Below are positions 10,048 to 20,670 of a DNA stretch of 64,000 nt, piece after piece. How positions within the stretch are numbered: position 1 is the stretch's first letter; each line of letters opens with the position of its first letter. The notes under the pieces were generated by a model. That model searched no databases. It had not been told where the DNA came from and saw only the letters and a list, made by a program, of their open reading frames with translations. Both the position numbers and the translations under genes were made by a program. Source of the DNA: Nitrososphaerota archaeon (GTDB lineage: Archaea > Thermoproteota > EX4484-205 > JAAOZP01); the NCBI GenBank assembly GCA_011605725.1, contig JAAOZP010000017.1:320001-384000 (forward strand), read 5' to 3'.

Positions 10048-11397
10048 ATGCCTGTTTGCCCTATTGACACAGGTAGATACGGCTCCTTAGAGATGAGGAG
10101 GATCTTTGAAGAGGAGAACAGGTTGCAGACAATGCTAAACGTGGAAGCAGCATTAGCTGAAGCGCTGGCCGAGGTGGGTGACATACCGGTTGAAGCAGCT
10201 TTAACAATAAGGAGTAAGGCTTCTTCAAAAATCGTCACCGTGGAGAAGGTTAAGGAGAGGGAGAAGGTTACGAGGCACGACGTAGCAGCCATGGTTGAGG
10301 TTCTTTCAGAGGAGTGCGGGGAACACGGGGAGTATGTTCATTGGGGAGTTACGAGCAACGATATAACGGATACCGCTCTAGCTTTACAGCTTAAGGATGC
10401 TTTAAACATAATTAAGAAGAGGCTGGCGGCCATCATAGAAATCCTCTGTAAAAAATCTGTGGAGTATGCGGAGCTTGTTATGCCCGGTAGGACGCATGGT
10501 CAGCACGCTATCCCAATAACACTCGGGTTTAAGCTAGCCGTGTATGCTGCTGAACTGGCTAGGAGCTACGAGAGGATGCTTCAGCTTTCAAAGAGAATCC
10601 TGGTTGGGAAAATAGGTGGAGCAGTAGGCACCATGGCAGCTCTCGGACCAAAAGCACTCATCATAGAGGAGAAGACTATGAGTAAGCTGGGTCTAGAGCC
10701 TGTCGAAATAGCGACGCAGGTTGTTTGCAGAGACAGGCTGGCTGAGCTTGTCTGCTGGGCAGCTCTGCTAGGCTCAAGCCTAGACAGGCTTGCCGTCGAA
10801 ATAAGGAACCTGCAGAGGACTGAGATAATGGAGGTTGCAGAGGGTTTCGGCGAGGAGCAGCGTGGAAGCAGCACGATGCCTCAGAAGCAGAACCCTGTTG
10901 ACAGTGAGAAAGTATCCGGCTTAGCTAAGGTTCTCAGAGGGCTTGTGACACCTGCTTTAGAAAACGTTCCGCTCTGGCATGAGAGAGACCTTTCAAACTC
11001 CAGCAGCGAAAGATTCATCATTCCATTATCCATGATAATACTTGACGAAATGCTTATGACGATGCAGAGTGTTTTAACAAGCCTGAGAATCTATCCTGAG
11101 CACATGGCTAGAAACCTGGAGATAACTAGGGGCCGGATTATGAGCGAAGCCGTCATGATGAAGCTTGCCAGGAAAGGCATGGGTAGAAAGAGGGCTTACG
11201 AGCTTATGAGAAAACTATCTAGGAAGGCGCTTATAGAAAACAGGAGCTTGCTTGAAGTATTGGAGGAAAACCCCGAGGTTATGAAGTACGTTAGCTTCGA
11301 TGAGCTGAAGGAAACCATCGAGCCTAAGAATTATCTCGGTAAGAACAGTGAACTAATAGGCAGGGCGGTTTCTTACGCGAAGTCGAAGCTTGGTTAA
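10048..11397 (+). CDS. purB: Adenylosuccinate lyase
   Basis: TRHD, GRTHGQHA, GSSTMPQKQNP, HERDLSNS. Confidence 0.93.
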   Translation: MPVCPIDTGRYGSLEMRRIFEEENRLQTMLNVEAALAEALAEVGDIPVEAALTIRSKASSKIVTVEKVKEREKVTRHDVAAMVEVLSEECGEHGEYVHWGVTSNDITDTALALQLKDALNIIKKRLAAIIEILCKKSVEYAELVMPGRTHGQHAIPITLGFKLAVYAAELARSYERMLQLSKRILVGKIGGAVGTMAALGPKALIIEEKTMSKLGLEPVEIATQVVCRDRLAELVCWAALLGSSLDRLAVEIRNLQRTEIMEVAEGFGEEQRGSSTMPQKQNPVDSEKVSGLAKVLRGLVTPALENVPLWHERDLSNSSSERFIIPLSMIILDEMLMTMQSVLTSLRIYPEHMARNLEITRGRIMSEAVMMKLARKGMGRKRAYELMRKLSRKALIENRSLLEVLEENPEVMKYVSFDELKETIEPKNYLGKNSELIGRAVSYAKSKLG

Positions 11398-11405
11398 GAC
11401 ATTGT

Positions 11406-12044
11406 TTGGAAGGTGCTTATAGAGGGTTGAGCCTGAGTCAAGATACTCTTGCGGAATCCATAAGGAAGGAGGCTGAAAAACACTATTCCGACGACCCTTC
11501 CCACGATTGGCTTCATGCCGAAAGAGTCTGTAGAATGTGCATGAGGATCTGCGGGGAAGAAGGCGGGGATCCGAAGGTTCTTATAGCGGCGGCACTCCTC
11601 CATGATGTTGGGATGAAATACGAGTTGGAGCAGGGCGTTGACCATTCTGAGAAGAGTGTTGAAATCGCGAAGGAAATTCTTTCTCGAATAGGTTTTCCAA
11701 GCGAGAAGATAAGTATGGTTCTTGAAGCAATCAGGGAGCACAGGTTTAGAAAAGGCGTTAAAGCAGTCAGCATAGAATCCAGGATTCTTCAGGATGCTGA
11801 CCGTCTGGACGCGATGGGCGCTATAGGCGTGGCTAGGAGCTTCGCACACGGCGGCAGGAGAAGGATCCCGATGTATTCAAGTGGCAGAGGCACTGGCTCG
11901 ACAGTCGACCATTTCTACGAAAAGCTTCTTAAGCTGAAAAACAGTTTGAACACTGAAACAGCGAGAAGAATCGCGGAGGAAAGGCATGCGTTCATGGAGG
12001 AGTTTCTCTCAAGGTTCCTGAAGGAGATCGAAGGGGAAGCGTAG
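11406..12044 (+). CDS. HD-domain phosphohydrolase
   Basis: HDWLHAERV, ALLHDVG, QDADRLDAMGAIG, HFYEKLL. Confidence 0.88.
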   Translation: MEGAYRGLSLSQDTLAESIRKEAEKHYSDDPSHDWLHAERVCRMCMRICGEEGGDPKVLIAAALLHDVGMKYELEQGVDHSEKSVEIAKEILSRIGFPSEKISMVLEAIREHRFRKGVKAVSIESRILQDADRLDAMGAIGVARSFAHGGRRRIPMYSSGRGTGSTVDHFYEKLLKLKNSLNTETARRIAEERHAFMEEFLSRFLKEIEGEA

Positions 12045-12332
12045 ACGATTAGAGACTCTGCCCAGTTTAATGTCGCTCCACCTACTGTTGTAGACAGCAG
12101 CACCACTGGCGAAGGTGCGCGGGTAATTGAGAGTCTACCGTCAGTTATGGTTGGATAACTGTTCAAGTTGAGTCTTTTCCTTCCGTAAAAACATCAGGCA
12201 TCTCGTGTTAAGCAAACACGCTCTATGGTTTTAACGTAAACAGTCAGTGGAAAATCGTCCATTTCACTTCGCAAACCCCAGGTTCGCTCAACCTACGCTG
12301 CTTTTTAACAGGGTTACGCTCCCGGCAGAGGC

Positions 12333-13130
12333 ATGTTTAAAAACTTCTTCTCAAGGTTTTTTAACTCGACAGCATTGCCGATACAGGTGGTCTTCATAGG
12401 GCCGGCGGGATCGGGAAAGACAACGCTTGTCAAAGCCTATGGAGACTGGCTCTCTAAAAATGGCGGGAAGGTTTGTTTCATAAATCTTGATCCCGGTGTT
12501 GAGAAAACACCGTATTCTCCATCCTTCGACATACGAATCTTCTTCACGGTTGAGGAGATAATGAGGAGGGAATCTCTCGGCCCTAACGGGGCTATGATAA
12601 GAGCAATGGATATTCTGGCTGAGAGAAGCATGGAGTTCGCCTCCCTGATAAGCATGATGGAGGGAGACTACAGGCTTATAGACACGCCTGGTCAAAGCGA
12701 GCTTTTCGTCTTCAGAAGCGCTGGACCCGAGATAATGAGGGGACTCTCCACAATCAGCAGGACGATAGTGGTCTTCCTGATAGACGGTCAACTGGTTTAC
12801 TCGCCGAGTGACCTGATAGCAGTTTTTTCACTAGCGGCAGCTTGCAGGCTTAGGCTTAACGTACCATTCGTACACGTTGTAACTAAGGCTGACGTTTTAA
12901 AGAGGAGTGATATTGAAAGACTCATGCAGGAACCGGAGTATCTGGAGGAGAGGATTCTTGAAGAAGAGAAAGGGCTTCTCCAAGAATATGTTCTCGAGCA
13001 TTCTAAAACGGTTTACCCTTTCCTCAGAAGGCAGAGGACTGTTCTTGTCTCAGCCATATCCGGATCCGGGTTAGACCTGATGGATTCCCTTATTCATGAT
13101 GCTACGTGCGAGTGTGGAGATCTTCGCTAA
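12333..13130 (+). CDS. GPN-loop GTPase
   Basis: GPAGSGKTT, NLDPG, LGPNG, DTPGQ, TKAD. Confidence 0.9.
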   Translation: MFKNFFSRFFNSTALPIQVVFIGPAGSGKTTLVKAYGDWLSKNGGKVCFINLDPGVEKTPYSPSFDIRIFFTVEEIMRRESLGPNGAMIRAMDILAERSMEFASLISMMEGDYRLIDTPGQSELFVFRSAGPEIMRGLSTISRTIVVFLIDGQLVYSPSDLIAVFSLAAACRLRLNVPFVHVVTKADVLKRSDIERLMQEPEYLEERILEEEKGLLQEYVLEHSKTVYPFLRRQRTVLVSAISGSGLDLMDSLIHDATCECGDLR

Positions 13131-13506
13131 GCCTCTTCCGAGATATTTTAGCCAGCTCCTCAAAATATTCTCCGGAAGCAATCGTATCTTCAATAAGCTT
13201 CATCACTAAATATATCTCGGTGAAGAAGACGGTATCATCCTCCAGCAGTGCCCTAGACTTCAGTTGTTTCACTCTATGTCTCACGCTTAAACCAGCATCT
13301 ATAATCGTAGAAACCAGTACTGTATGCTTCAACTCCCTAAGCGGATCTATGAAGCACTCAGCCAAAAGGATAAGCCTGTCGCCTAGATTATCCATTTCAT
13401 CGAGATTCATGCTTAAACCATCGTCAATACATTTCTTCATTGAAACATTTATTGGGGATAGTGATACTTGAATCTCCGAAAGAATCTTCCTCAAGCTTTC
13501 CGTCAA
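13102..13506 (-). CDS. Hypothetical protein
   Basis: 134-aa ORF with natural composition filling the gap; divergent from tldD. Confidence 0.55.
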   Translation of the reverse strand: MTESLRKILSEIQVSLSPINVSMKKCIDDGLSMNLDEMDNLGDRLILLAECFIDPLRELKHTVLVSTIIDAGLSVRHRVKQLKSRALLEDDTVFFTEIYLVMKLIEDTIASGEYFEELAKISRKRLSEDLHTRT

Positions 13507-13604
13507 ACCTTGAGCTAATACTTGGCTTTAAGCCATAGATTAATTTTTCCCCTAAGGCTTAAGAGAGGTTTATAAGTCTCTCTAACAGGTTTAAGGATTA
13601 GAAA

Positions 13605-15038
13605 ATGGAGGATATTGTTGAACTCTCGAGAAAGATTCTTGACTACGCTGTTGCAGCAGGCGCCTCCTACGCTGAAGCCAGGTTCCATAGCGATTCCGAC
13701 AGCGGTGTAGCCCTGAAAAACGGCGAAGTCGAGGCTGTTGAGGCAAGCTATGAGGTGGGGATAGGAGTCAGGGTTCTGGTTAACGGTGGACTCGGCTTCG
13801 CTTCAACCAACATGCTTAAACCGGAAAACCTCACCAGGGTTGTGGATAAAGCGGTTAAAATGGCACGTGCATCCTCATACTTGAAGTCGAGCAGAATATG
13901 TTTCTCGAAAGATGAGGCTTACTCGGTTGACTGGAGGGTTTCCGAGAAGAAAAGGCTTGAAGACTGGTCTTTAAACGACAAGATCGACTTTCTGAAAAAC
14001 CTGGATAAGGCTGTGATAAGCCAGGGGGTTAATGTTTCATCCAGATACATGGGATACTCTGAAAGGAGGACCCGGAGAGTTTACGCGAACACGGAGGACG
14101 CACTGGTCTCCGCACTGGTTCCACGCCCATCGTTTTTCGCGCTGATAACCGTGGCAGACCCTTCTAAAGGAGTTATACAGAGGACTCTTCAATTCGGGGG
14201 ATCAGGCGGCATGGAGATCGTTGAGTCCTGGAGGCTTGAGGAGAAACTTGGTTCCGAGGTTAAGACCCTTCACAAGATGCTTACAGAATCCGTCAGAACC
14301 CCGGAGGGAGTTATGGATGTTGTAGTGGGCAGCGAGGTCGCGGGAATAATTTCTCACGAGGCTTCGGGACACCCTGGGGAAGCAGATAGGATATTTGGAA
14401 GAGAAGGAGCTCAGGCTGGCGAATCATACTTGAAAGCAGAAGACTTGGGCAGGAAAATAGGGAGCGAGGCTGTTAACGTGGTTGACGACCCAACTATACC
14501 AGGATCATACGGTTTCTATCTTTTCGACGATGAGGGTGTTAAAGCAAGGAGGAAATTCTTGATCAAGGAGGGGAGAATAAGCGAGTTTCTCATGAACAGG
14601 GAGACAGCTGCGAAGCTTGGCGTTAAGAGTAATGGTTCAGCCAGAGCCTCAAGATACAGCGTTGAGTCGATAGTTAGAATGTCTAACACGTTCATTCTTC
14701 CTGGCGACCATAGTCTTGAAGAGCTTTTAAGCGGCGTTGCTAAGGGTGTTTACGTGAAAAGCTTCATGGAGTGGAACATCGATGACAAAAGGTGGAACCA
14801 GCGGTACGTGGGTCTGGAAGCCTATATGATAGAGGACGGTAGGATAACTAGGCCCGTGAGAAACCCTGTGATAGAGATAACTACTGAGAAGCTTTTCTCA
14901 AGCGTGGACGCGGTTGGGAAGGATTTGGATTTCGTCGCAGCGACCTGCGGCAAGGGAGACCCGATGCAGGGCATGCCAGTATACATGGGTGGGCCGAGCT
15001 TCAGGATGCGGAACATCATGGTGAAGGGGGTTGGTTAA
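13605..15038 (+). CDS. tldD: TldD metalloprotease
   Basis: HEASGH..EAD, DDPT, FDDEG, RMSNT, CGKGDP. Confidence 0.92.
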   Translation: MEDIVELSRKILDYAVAAGASYAEARFHSDSDSGVALKNGEVEAVEASYEVGIGVRVLVNGGLGFASTNMLKPENLTRVVDKAVKMARASSYLKSSRICFSKDEAYSVDWRVSEKKRLEDWSLNDKIDFLKNLDKAVISQGVNVSSRYMGYSERRTRRVYANTEDALVSALVPRPSFFALITVADPSKGVIQRTLQFGGSGGMEIVESWRLEEKLGSEVKTLHKMLTESVRTPEGVMDVVVGSEVAGIISHEASGHPGEADRIFGREGAQAGESYLKAEDLGRKIGSEAVNVVDDPTIPGSYGFYLFDDEGVKARRKFLIKEGRISEFLMNRETAAKLGVKSNGSARASRYSVESIVRMSNTFILPGDHSLEELLSGVAKGVYVKSFMEWNIDDKRWNQRYVGLEAYMIEDGRITRPVRNPVIEITTEKLFSSVDAVGKDLDFVAATCGKGDPMQGMPVYMGGPSFRMRNIMVKGVG

Positions 15039-15040
15039 AA

Positions 15041-16369
15041 ATGGCTGAGCTGCATGAGAAGGCTTTGAAAATGCTTACCGACAGGGGTGTTGAAGAAGCC
15101 ATAGTGACTCTTTACGAGTCTGAAGAAAGCTCCGTGAGATATGCTAACAACGAGCCTACCATAGCTCTTTCAGAAGACATCAGTACCTTGAGGATATATA
15201 GCAGCATTAAGGAAAGGTGTTTCATAGGGAGCTTTGAAAACGTGTCTGAGGATTTTCTGGAGAAAATTGTCGACGACGTGGTTACACTTACTAAAAACAC
15301 TCCCCCAACGCCTTTCTACGCCCCTCTTCCAAGAGGAGTATTCAACTATAGGGTTGGAAAAAGGGTGGAAAGGCGGATTAGGCAGCTTGACGAGCAGCTG
15401 GTTTCACATGTTTCAGAAGCCATCAGGGCTAGCAGGGAGGCTGGTGCAGAAAGAAGCGCGGGAATCCTCTACTCAAGCCACATGGTTGAGAAACTCGCGT
15501 CTTCAACCGGCTTAAGCCTTCAAGAAGAGTTTGCATCCATCACGCTTAACCACCGTGCCTTCGCCAGCCCTGAGGCAACGGGACAATGGGTCTCATGCTC
15601 CACAAGCCTCGAAGGCTTCAACCCTTACGAAGCAGGTAGGAAGGCAGGGGAAATAGCTGTTGCAAGCCTTAACCCAGTTCTCATAGATGAGGGGACTTAC
15701 GACGTCTACATGGGGCCCTTAATATTCGCAAACATGATGAGCGAGGTTGCTGGCTTCGCCTCAGGCTTCCTCATTCAGATAGAAATGAGCTTCATGACGG
15801 GAAAGATCGGGCAGAGAATCGGCTCTGAGAAACTAACTATACGCGACGACCCCACGATGCCAGGCGGGCTCGGCGAAAAGATTTTCGACGACGAGGGCAT
15901 ACCGACTCAGAGAACAATCATAATTGAAAAAGGTGTTTTAAGAAACTACTTGCACAACAGCAGGACAGCTAGGCTTGCTGGAGCATCTTCAACAGGCAAC
16001 GCTGGAATAATAAGCCCCCACCCCTGGAACATCGTTGTCGAACCCGGAAACGTTAAGGAAGAAAACATGATGCAGAAGCTGGGAAAAGGGCTATACTTGA
16101 CGAACAGTTGGTACCAAAGGTATCAAAACTACAAGACTGGGGACTTTTCAACCATCGTGAGGGATGGAGCGTTCTACGTGGAGGATGGGGAGGTTAAGCA
16201 TTCGGTTAAGGGTATTCGGATAAGCGACAATCTTCAGAGAATCATCTCAAACATTGAGGAACTCTCCGACAGGCTTTATCCTATAAAATGGTGGGAGGTG
16301 ACTACTCCCACGTATGTTCCGACAGCAATCATCAGGAACGTTAGGATAACCAAGGCCTTCGGCTACTAG
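15041..16369 (+). CDS. pmbA: TldE/PmbA family protein
   Basis: DDP...FDDEG, STGNAG, TGDFS; lacks HExxH; coupled to tldD. Confidence 0.9.
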   Translation: MAELHEKALKMLTDRGVEEAIVTLYESEESSVRYANNEPTIALSEDISTLRIYSSIKERCFIGSFENVSEDFLEKIVDDVVTLTKNTPPTPFYAPLPRGVFNYRVGKRVERRIRQLDEQLVSHVSEAIRASREAGAERSAGILYSSHMVEKLASSTGLSLQEEFASITLNHRAFASPEATGQWVSCSTSLEGFNPYEAGRKAGEIAVASLNPVLIDEGTYDVYMGPLIFANMMSEVAGFASGFLIQIEMSFMTGKIGQRIGSEKLTIRDDPTMPGGLGEKIFDDEGIPTQRTIIIEKGVLRNYLHNSRTARLAGASSTGNAGIISPHPWNIVVEPGNVKEENMMQKLGKGLYLTNSWYQRYQNYKTGDFSTIVRDGAFYVEDGEVKHSVKGIRISDNLQRIISNIEELSDRLYPIKWWEVTTPTYVPTAIIRNVRITKAFGY

Positions 16370-16370
16370 T

Positions 16371-16984
16371 TCAGACTTCAACACCTTCAAGACCCATTTC
16401 CATTTTCTCGCGAATTTTTTCCTGCAAAGCCCATAAGCTCCATCTCCTCTCCTCCAGCTCCCGCTTCCTTTCTTCTGGTGGAACCAGTCGATATTCCCAG
16501 CATCCTCCTAACGCGGAGGATGTCACTACACAATCCCTCTCCGCCTCGTATAAGGCGCGTTTCACCTCTCTAGCAGATAGGCCAATGCTAATCAAATCTT
16601 TCCTCAGTTCATCCTCAAGAAGCCTATCGGTACACCTCTTCAGGAATATATCTTCAACAGCCTTCTCAAGTCGTTGAGTCTCCTGCTTCTCCTCCTTTCT
16701 TTTCTCCGGAGAAATCCAGTGATATGACGACCATGTTTCATAGTTGATAGTGATCAGTTTCCTCCTCTCTGCTTCATCGATTACATCGTCAACGTCATCA
16801 GCAGCTACACCCTTCTCTTCCAACTTTCTCTTCAGTTCACAATCCGTCATTACCTTTACCCTCCCGTCTTTGAAAATCGATCCGACTATCGAAGGAGCCG
16901 ACCGGATGCCGCACGCCATCTTTTAATGATCTCTTTCTCATTTAGCTCTTCCGTAGGCTTTGCCTTTTTACGTCTCTTAGTCAT
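16371..16984 (-). pseudogene. Frameshifted gene with two similar winged-helix-like repeats
   Basis: SD+ATG at 16984 (MTKRRKKAKP...GRLLR*) is out of frame with ORF 16371-16919; internal repeat ELKRKLEEKGV..EAER / ELRKDLISIGL..EAER. Confidence 0.5.
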
Positions 16985-17350
16985 GTCTCCTACCCTTGTC
17001 TAGACCGAACCTTCTTATAACTTTCTCGTAATCCTCTTTATGGGTGATTCTAGCGCCCGCTCCAAAAGAGAGTGAAGCTCGGAAGCTTGTCTGCCTTTGG
17101 TGGCGAGTAGTACTTGGATTTGGTACAGTCAGAAGTATAAACGCAGGTTTTGCAACTAACTGTTAGATCCTTTAACCTCGCCTTTAGAAATGCACAGGTT
17201 AACCAGACAGATATTGCTTCTTGAGGAAGTATAACCGCCGCATAGATGGTATAGTTCACAATCCCTACATAACTTTCCACATTGCTGAACCTCGCCCATT
17301 GGTTTGCAGTATAATGTGACAGCTATTTAACCGAAGCGCTCAGCCATTAG

Positions 17351-18469
17351 CTAGATCAACCCGGCTATTATCGCAACGCCTACTATTAAGAGCAGGACGC
17401 CTGCCAGAAGCCTCATGTATCTCCTCTTCTCAATCCTCCAAGCGTCAATCTCAATAACGCTTCTGCCAAAGTACACTATTAGGAGTATCGCTGCGAGCGG
17501 TAGGATGAATATCAGATTGTAAAGGAGGAGTAGGAGAAAGACTTCAAGCGTCAAGCCTATTTTAGAAAGCAGGTATAGTATTGTTATGTATATTCCACCC
17601 GTGCACGGGAGTTCAACCATCGAGACAGCCATGCCGACTAGGAATCCTCCGCCAATGCTCATCGTCTCCGAATACTTGCCTAGGATTCTGGTTAGGGCCC
17701 CGGGCTGCTCAAGGCTTAAGCCCCTTCCGTAGTAGAAGAACTCTTTAAACTCTAGAATGCTGAACAGGATGGCTGCTGAACCCACGATGTAGCGTAGCAG
17801 GCTTCTGAACGAGGCTGTGCTAATTACGTACAGCAAGCCTATTCCTGCAGCCAGGTAGGACGCCATAACGCCTATGATGAAGGCTCCGCAAGTAGTCAGC
17901 ATTCTCCTCGACGAGCCTGCTTGAAGAGAGTATGTGATGAGTAGAACAATCGTCGCGAATGCGCACGGGTTCAACGAGTCTATGAAGGCCGCGACGACCA
18001 CGCTGACCAGTGAAGGCAGAGTTACGGTAGGCTTATGCTGCTCAATAAAAGCCGTTATTATTTCCCCAGCCTTGTCGCGGTATTCACGGCCATGGCTATA
18101 CTCAAGAATTGCCTCCTCAAGATTTTGAACGATCTCCTTCTCTCCAACCAGACACGTGTCTCCTATGAAGACTGTCGGAACCTCGCGAAGCTCCTCCGTT
18201 ATGTTGAAGCCTTCGGCGAGAGCAATGAATAACTCTATACCCGTATCATTATTAGAGATGTCGAACCTTTTGAAAATCACTTCAGGATATCTCGTCTTAA
18301 TGCTGCTGATATAGTTTTCAACCCTAGCGCAATGCTCACACCCCTCAACGACAAAGAAGTAGACAGTTATGGTTTGAGGCGAAGCGAGGACTATTAGGCG
18401 AGCAGCCAATAGTAGAGTCATTAAAACAGTCAGAAGCACCGGAGGATTTAGAGAGGAGGAACGGGTCAA
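17351..18469 (-). CDS. Thioredoxin-fold (CxxC) + DsbD/CcdA-like membrane domain protein
   Basis: CEHC, VPTVFIGD, DSLNPCAF, ELPCTGGIY, multiple TM helices. Confidence 0.85.
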   Translation of the reverse strand: MTRSSSLNPPVLLTVLMTLLLAARLIVLASPQTITVYFFVVEGCEHCARVENYISSIKTRYPEVIFKRFDISNNDTGIELFIALAEGFNITEELREVPTVFIGDTCLVGEKEIVQNLEEAILEYSHGREYRDKAGEIITAFIEQHKPTVTLPSLVSVVVAAFIDSLNPCAFATIVLLITYSLQAGSSRRMLTTCGAFIIGVMASYLAAGIGLLYVISTASFRSLLRYIVGSAAILFSILEFKEFFYYGRGLSLEQPGALTRILGKYSETMSIGGGFLVGMAVSMVELPCTGGIYITILYLLSKIGLTLEVFLLLLLYNLIFILPLAAILLIVYFGRSVIEIDAWRIEKRRYMRLLAGVLLLIVGVAIIAGLI

Positions 18470-18480
18470 GATTAGGACCC

Positions 18481-19368
18481 TTATTTTAAAACGAATGTTC
18501 TAGTCACGTTTAGGCTAAACGTGTTGCATCGAATAACGCATGAAAGATTGTTCAGCCCGGTTGAAATCCCGTAGCAAGGCGAGCATGGAATATCAATAAT
18601 GAATGATTTAGAGTTAAAGCCTTTTTCAACATTAATCTGTAGAACTCCCGACGGGTTAATCCATTTGTTGTTCACAACATACCCTTTGTAACGACTCTTA
18701 AAGCCGAATATTTCAATATTGATGCTGCCGAGCTTCCGGCTGCTGAGCACAATTATCGTAAAGTTAACCTCGCCTTCAGACAACTGGTATTCTTCTCTAT
18801 CGGTTAGAGCAGAGAGAACAACCGTCAAGCCTTCTTGAGAATAGAGACTGGTGGCGTAGGAGTTAAGCCTTGAGAGATACTTATTAGCGCCTTCAACCGT
18901 TCCTATAATCTCTAAACATGTTTCAGCCAAGCTACGGTTTATAAGCCAGTAGGAGAAGAATTCTGAAACGCTTTGGTTATAACTGTTTCCATCAGCCATG
19001 TAGCTATACTTGCCGTCGAAGAGAAAAGCACTATCGAAGTCGGTCGTGTTAGCAAGCTTCATCAGTTTATGGATTCTTTCAAACCTCTGCTGCTCACGCA
19101 AATACTGAGTATAGTCTAGACTATTGTTTAGCAGCCAGTGTGAGAAGAAGTCTAGGACACTCTGGTTATATTTTCCATCAGAAGCAAGATAGCTATATTT
19201 CTCGTCGAACAGGGAAGCCTTAGCGTAATCAGTAGTGTTAGCGTACTTCATAAGAGAGGAAATCCTCTCGGAGCGTGAACGATACTCAGCATAGAACTGG
19301 TAGCCGAAATAACCGCCTATGATAAATACGATTAAAAATACCGACGCGATTCCAACTCCATGCCGCAT
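18481..19368 (-). CDS. Membrane-anchored surface protein with two 63-aa repeats
   Basis: N-terminal TM; repeat ERI..LMK.ANTTD...LFD.KYSY.A....YNQSV..FFS.WL.N; many NxS/T sequons. Confidence 0.7.
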   Translation of the reverse strand: MRHGVGIASVFLIVFIIGGYFGYQFYAEYRSRSERISSLMKYANTTDYAKASLFDEKYSYLASDGKYNQSVLDFFSHWLLNNSLDYTQYLREQQRFERIHKLMKLANTTDFDSAFLFDGKYSYMADGNSYNQSVSEFFSYWLINRSLAETCLEIIGTVEGANKYLSRLNSYATSLYSQEGLTVVLSALTDREEYQLSEGEVNFTIIVLSSRKLGSINIEIFGFKSRYKGYVVNNKWINPSGVLQINVEKGFNSKSFIIDIPCSPCYGISTGLNNLSCVIRCNTFSLNVTRTFVLK

Positions 19369-19518
19369 TCCTTTCCTAAACGTATTCTCCAGAATTATAA
19401 ACTTTTCAACATCTAGACGCTTGCGTCAAAACGAGTGATACGCCGTTAAGCCAAACGGAGCATGCTGGTTTAAAGCGAGAGCACATTAATGAGGCGCCGA
19501 GTCAAGCTTAAATAGCAG

Positions 19519-20097
19519 ATGGTTAAAATGTCCAAGTCTGGAATGTCATATGTTCAGCCAAGACTCCTAGCTAAGAGGGCCGCCTCGCTAGCCGTATTAG
19601 CGGCCCTAGCGATCTCCTCAAACTATGTCCTGATAAGCCTGCCGAATGTTAAGCTTATGGATGCAATAGTTTTCGCGTCAAGCATGGCTATGGGTTTAAG
19701 GTTTGGAGCAGCATTATCAATACTCATATGGATGGTCTACGGGACCTTGAACCCCTATGGGCTTAATCTGCCGACGCTAATAGTTGTTACTCTAAGCGAA
19801 ATGATATACGTATTATTCTCCAAAATACCACCAGCATTAGGATTCAAGACTGCTAAAGCAAACATTCACAATTCTTTAATACTTGCTTCAATAGGGCTTT
19901 TCTCAACCCTAATATACGATCTTTCCACAAACGCTTTCGTAGGGTACTTGTTCTACGGATCTGTTTTAATGGGGCTGGTTACGATGAACTTCCCCATCCC
20001 CATGGGTATTATCCATGAGTTCTCAAACGCATTATTCTTTCCGATTGCTGTGCCAGTCATATACAGGGTTTTGAAAAACAATAATACTGCTGCTTAA
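19519..20097 (+). CDS. ECF transporter S component (CbrT-like, putative cobalamin)
   Basis: LPNVKLMDAIVF, LNPYG, about 6 TM helices, HEFSN. Confidence 0.75.
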   Translation: MVKMSKSGMSYVQPRLLAKRAASLAVLAALAISSNYVLISLPNVKLMDAIVFASSMAMGLRFGAALSILIWMVYGTLNPYGLNLPTLIVVTLSEMIYVLFSKIPPALGFKTAKANIHNSLILASIGLFSTLIYDLSTNAFVGYLFYGSVLMGLVTMNFPIPMGIIHEFSNALFFPIAVPVIYRVLKNNNTAA

Positions 20098-20670
20098 GTC
20101 GGCTTATGCTGTGAAAAAACTTCACACGTACTCAGATAAGCAGGTTTGCCTTTGACCACCTTTTAATGCTTCACATAGTCCTCTCCGAAAAAGAACGACC
20201 TTCCAGTCCTAAGACAAGGGCATCAACTCCCAGGGAGAGTCGGAGGAGAAAGGGATGAAAGATGGCTTAACCGAGTTCTAGCTCTGCTAATACTCTTTCC
20301 TTGAACTTCTTATAATCCTCATTCTCATCGTACAATCTACATATCTTGTATGCGGCGCGAACCGCTCAATCCTCTTTACTATCTCTTCGAACTTCTGGTC
20401 CTCATTCATACCTTTAGAGTCGAATGCCAAGCAGAAATATGTAGCGCGCGTGCTGTTACTCTTGCAAACGAGACGAACAGTGTTCCAATCCTGTGCTCGC
20501 CGAACAGAACTTCAATATTAATCCAGCGTGCGATAGCTTGACTACTCGACGTGGTAGTGCACAATACCATGAATGATGAAAGCCGCTTAACGTGTTAATG
20601 GAAACGATGTTACAGTAAGGTTTAAATAAGGGTTGGATAAATTGACCAACAATATGGAGGGAACGGCAAT

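Noticed and set aside
12045-12332. Gene-like remnants here and at 17050-17300 and 34790-35030
   Set aside because: Short broken frames with no recognisable family
19369-19518. Cobalamin riboswitch before the ECF S gene
   Set aside because: No B12-box or AGGGAA/ACTG motifs; the TATA is very close to the start
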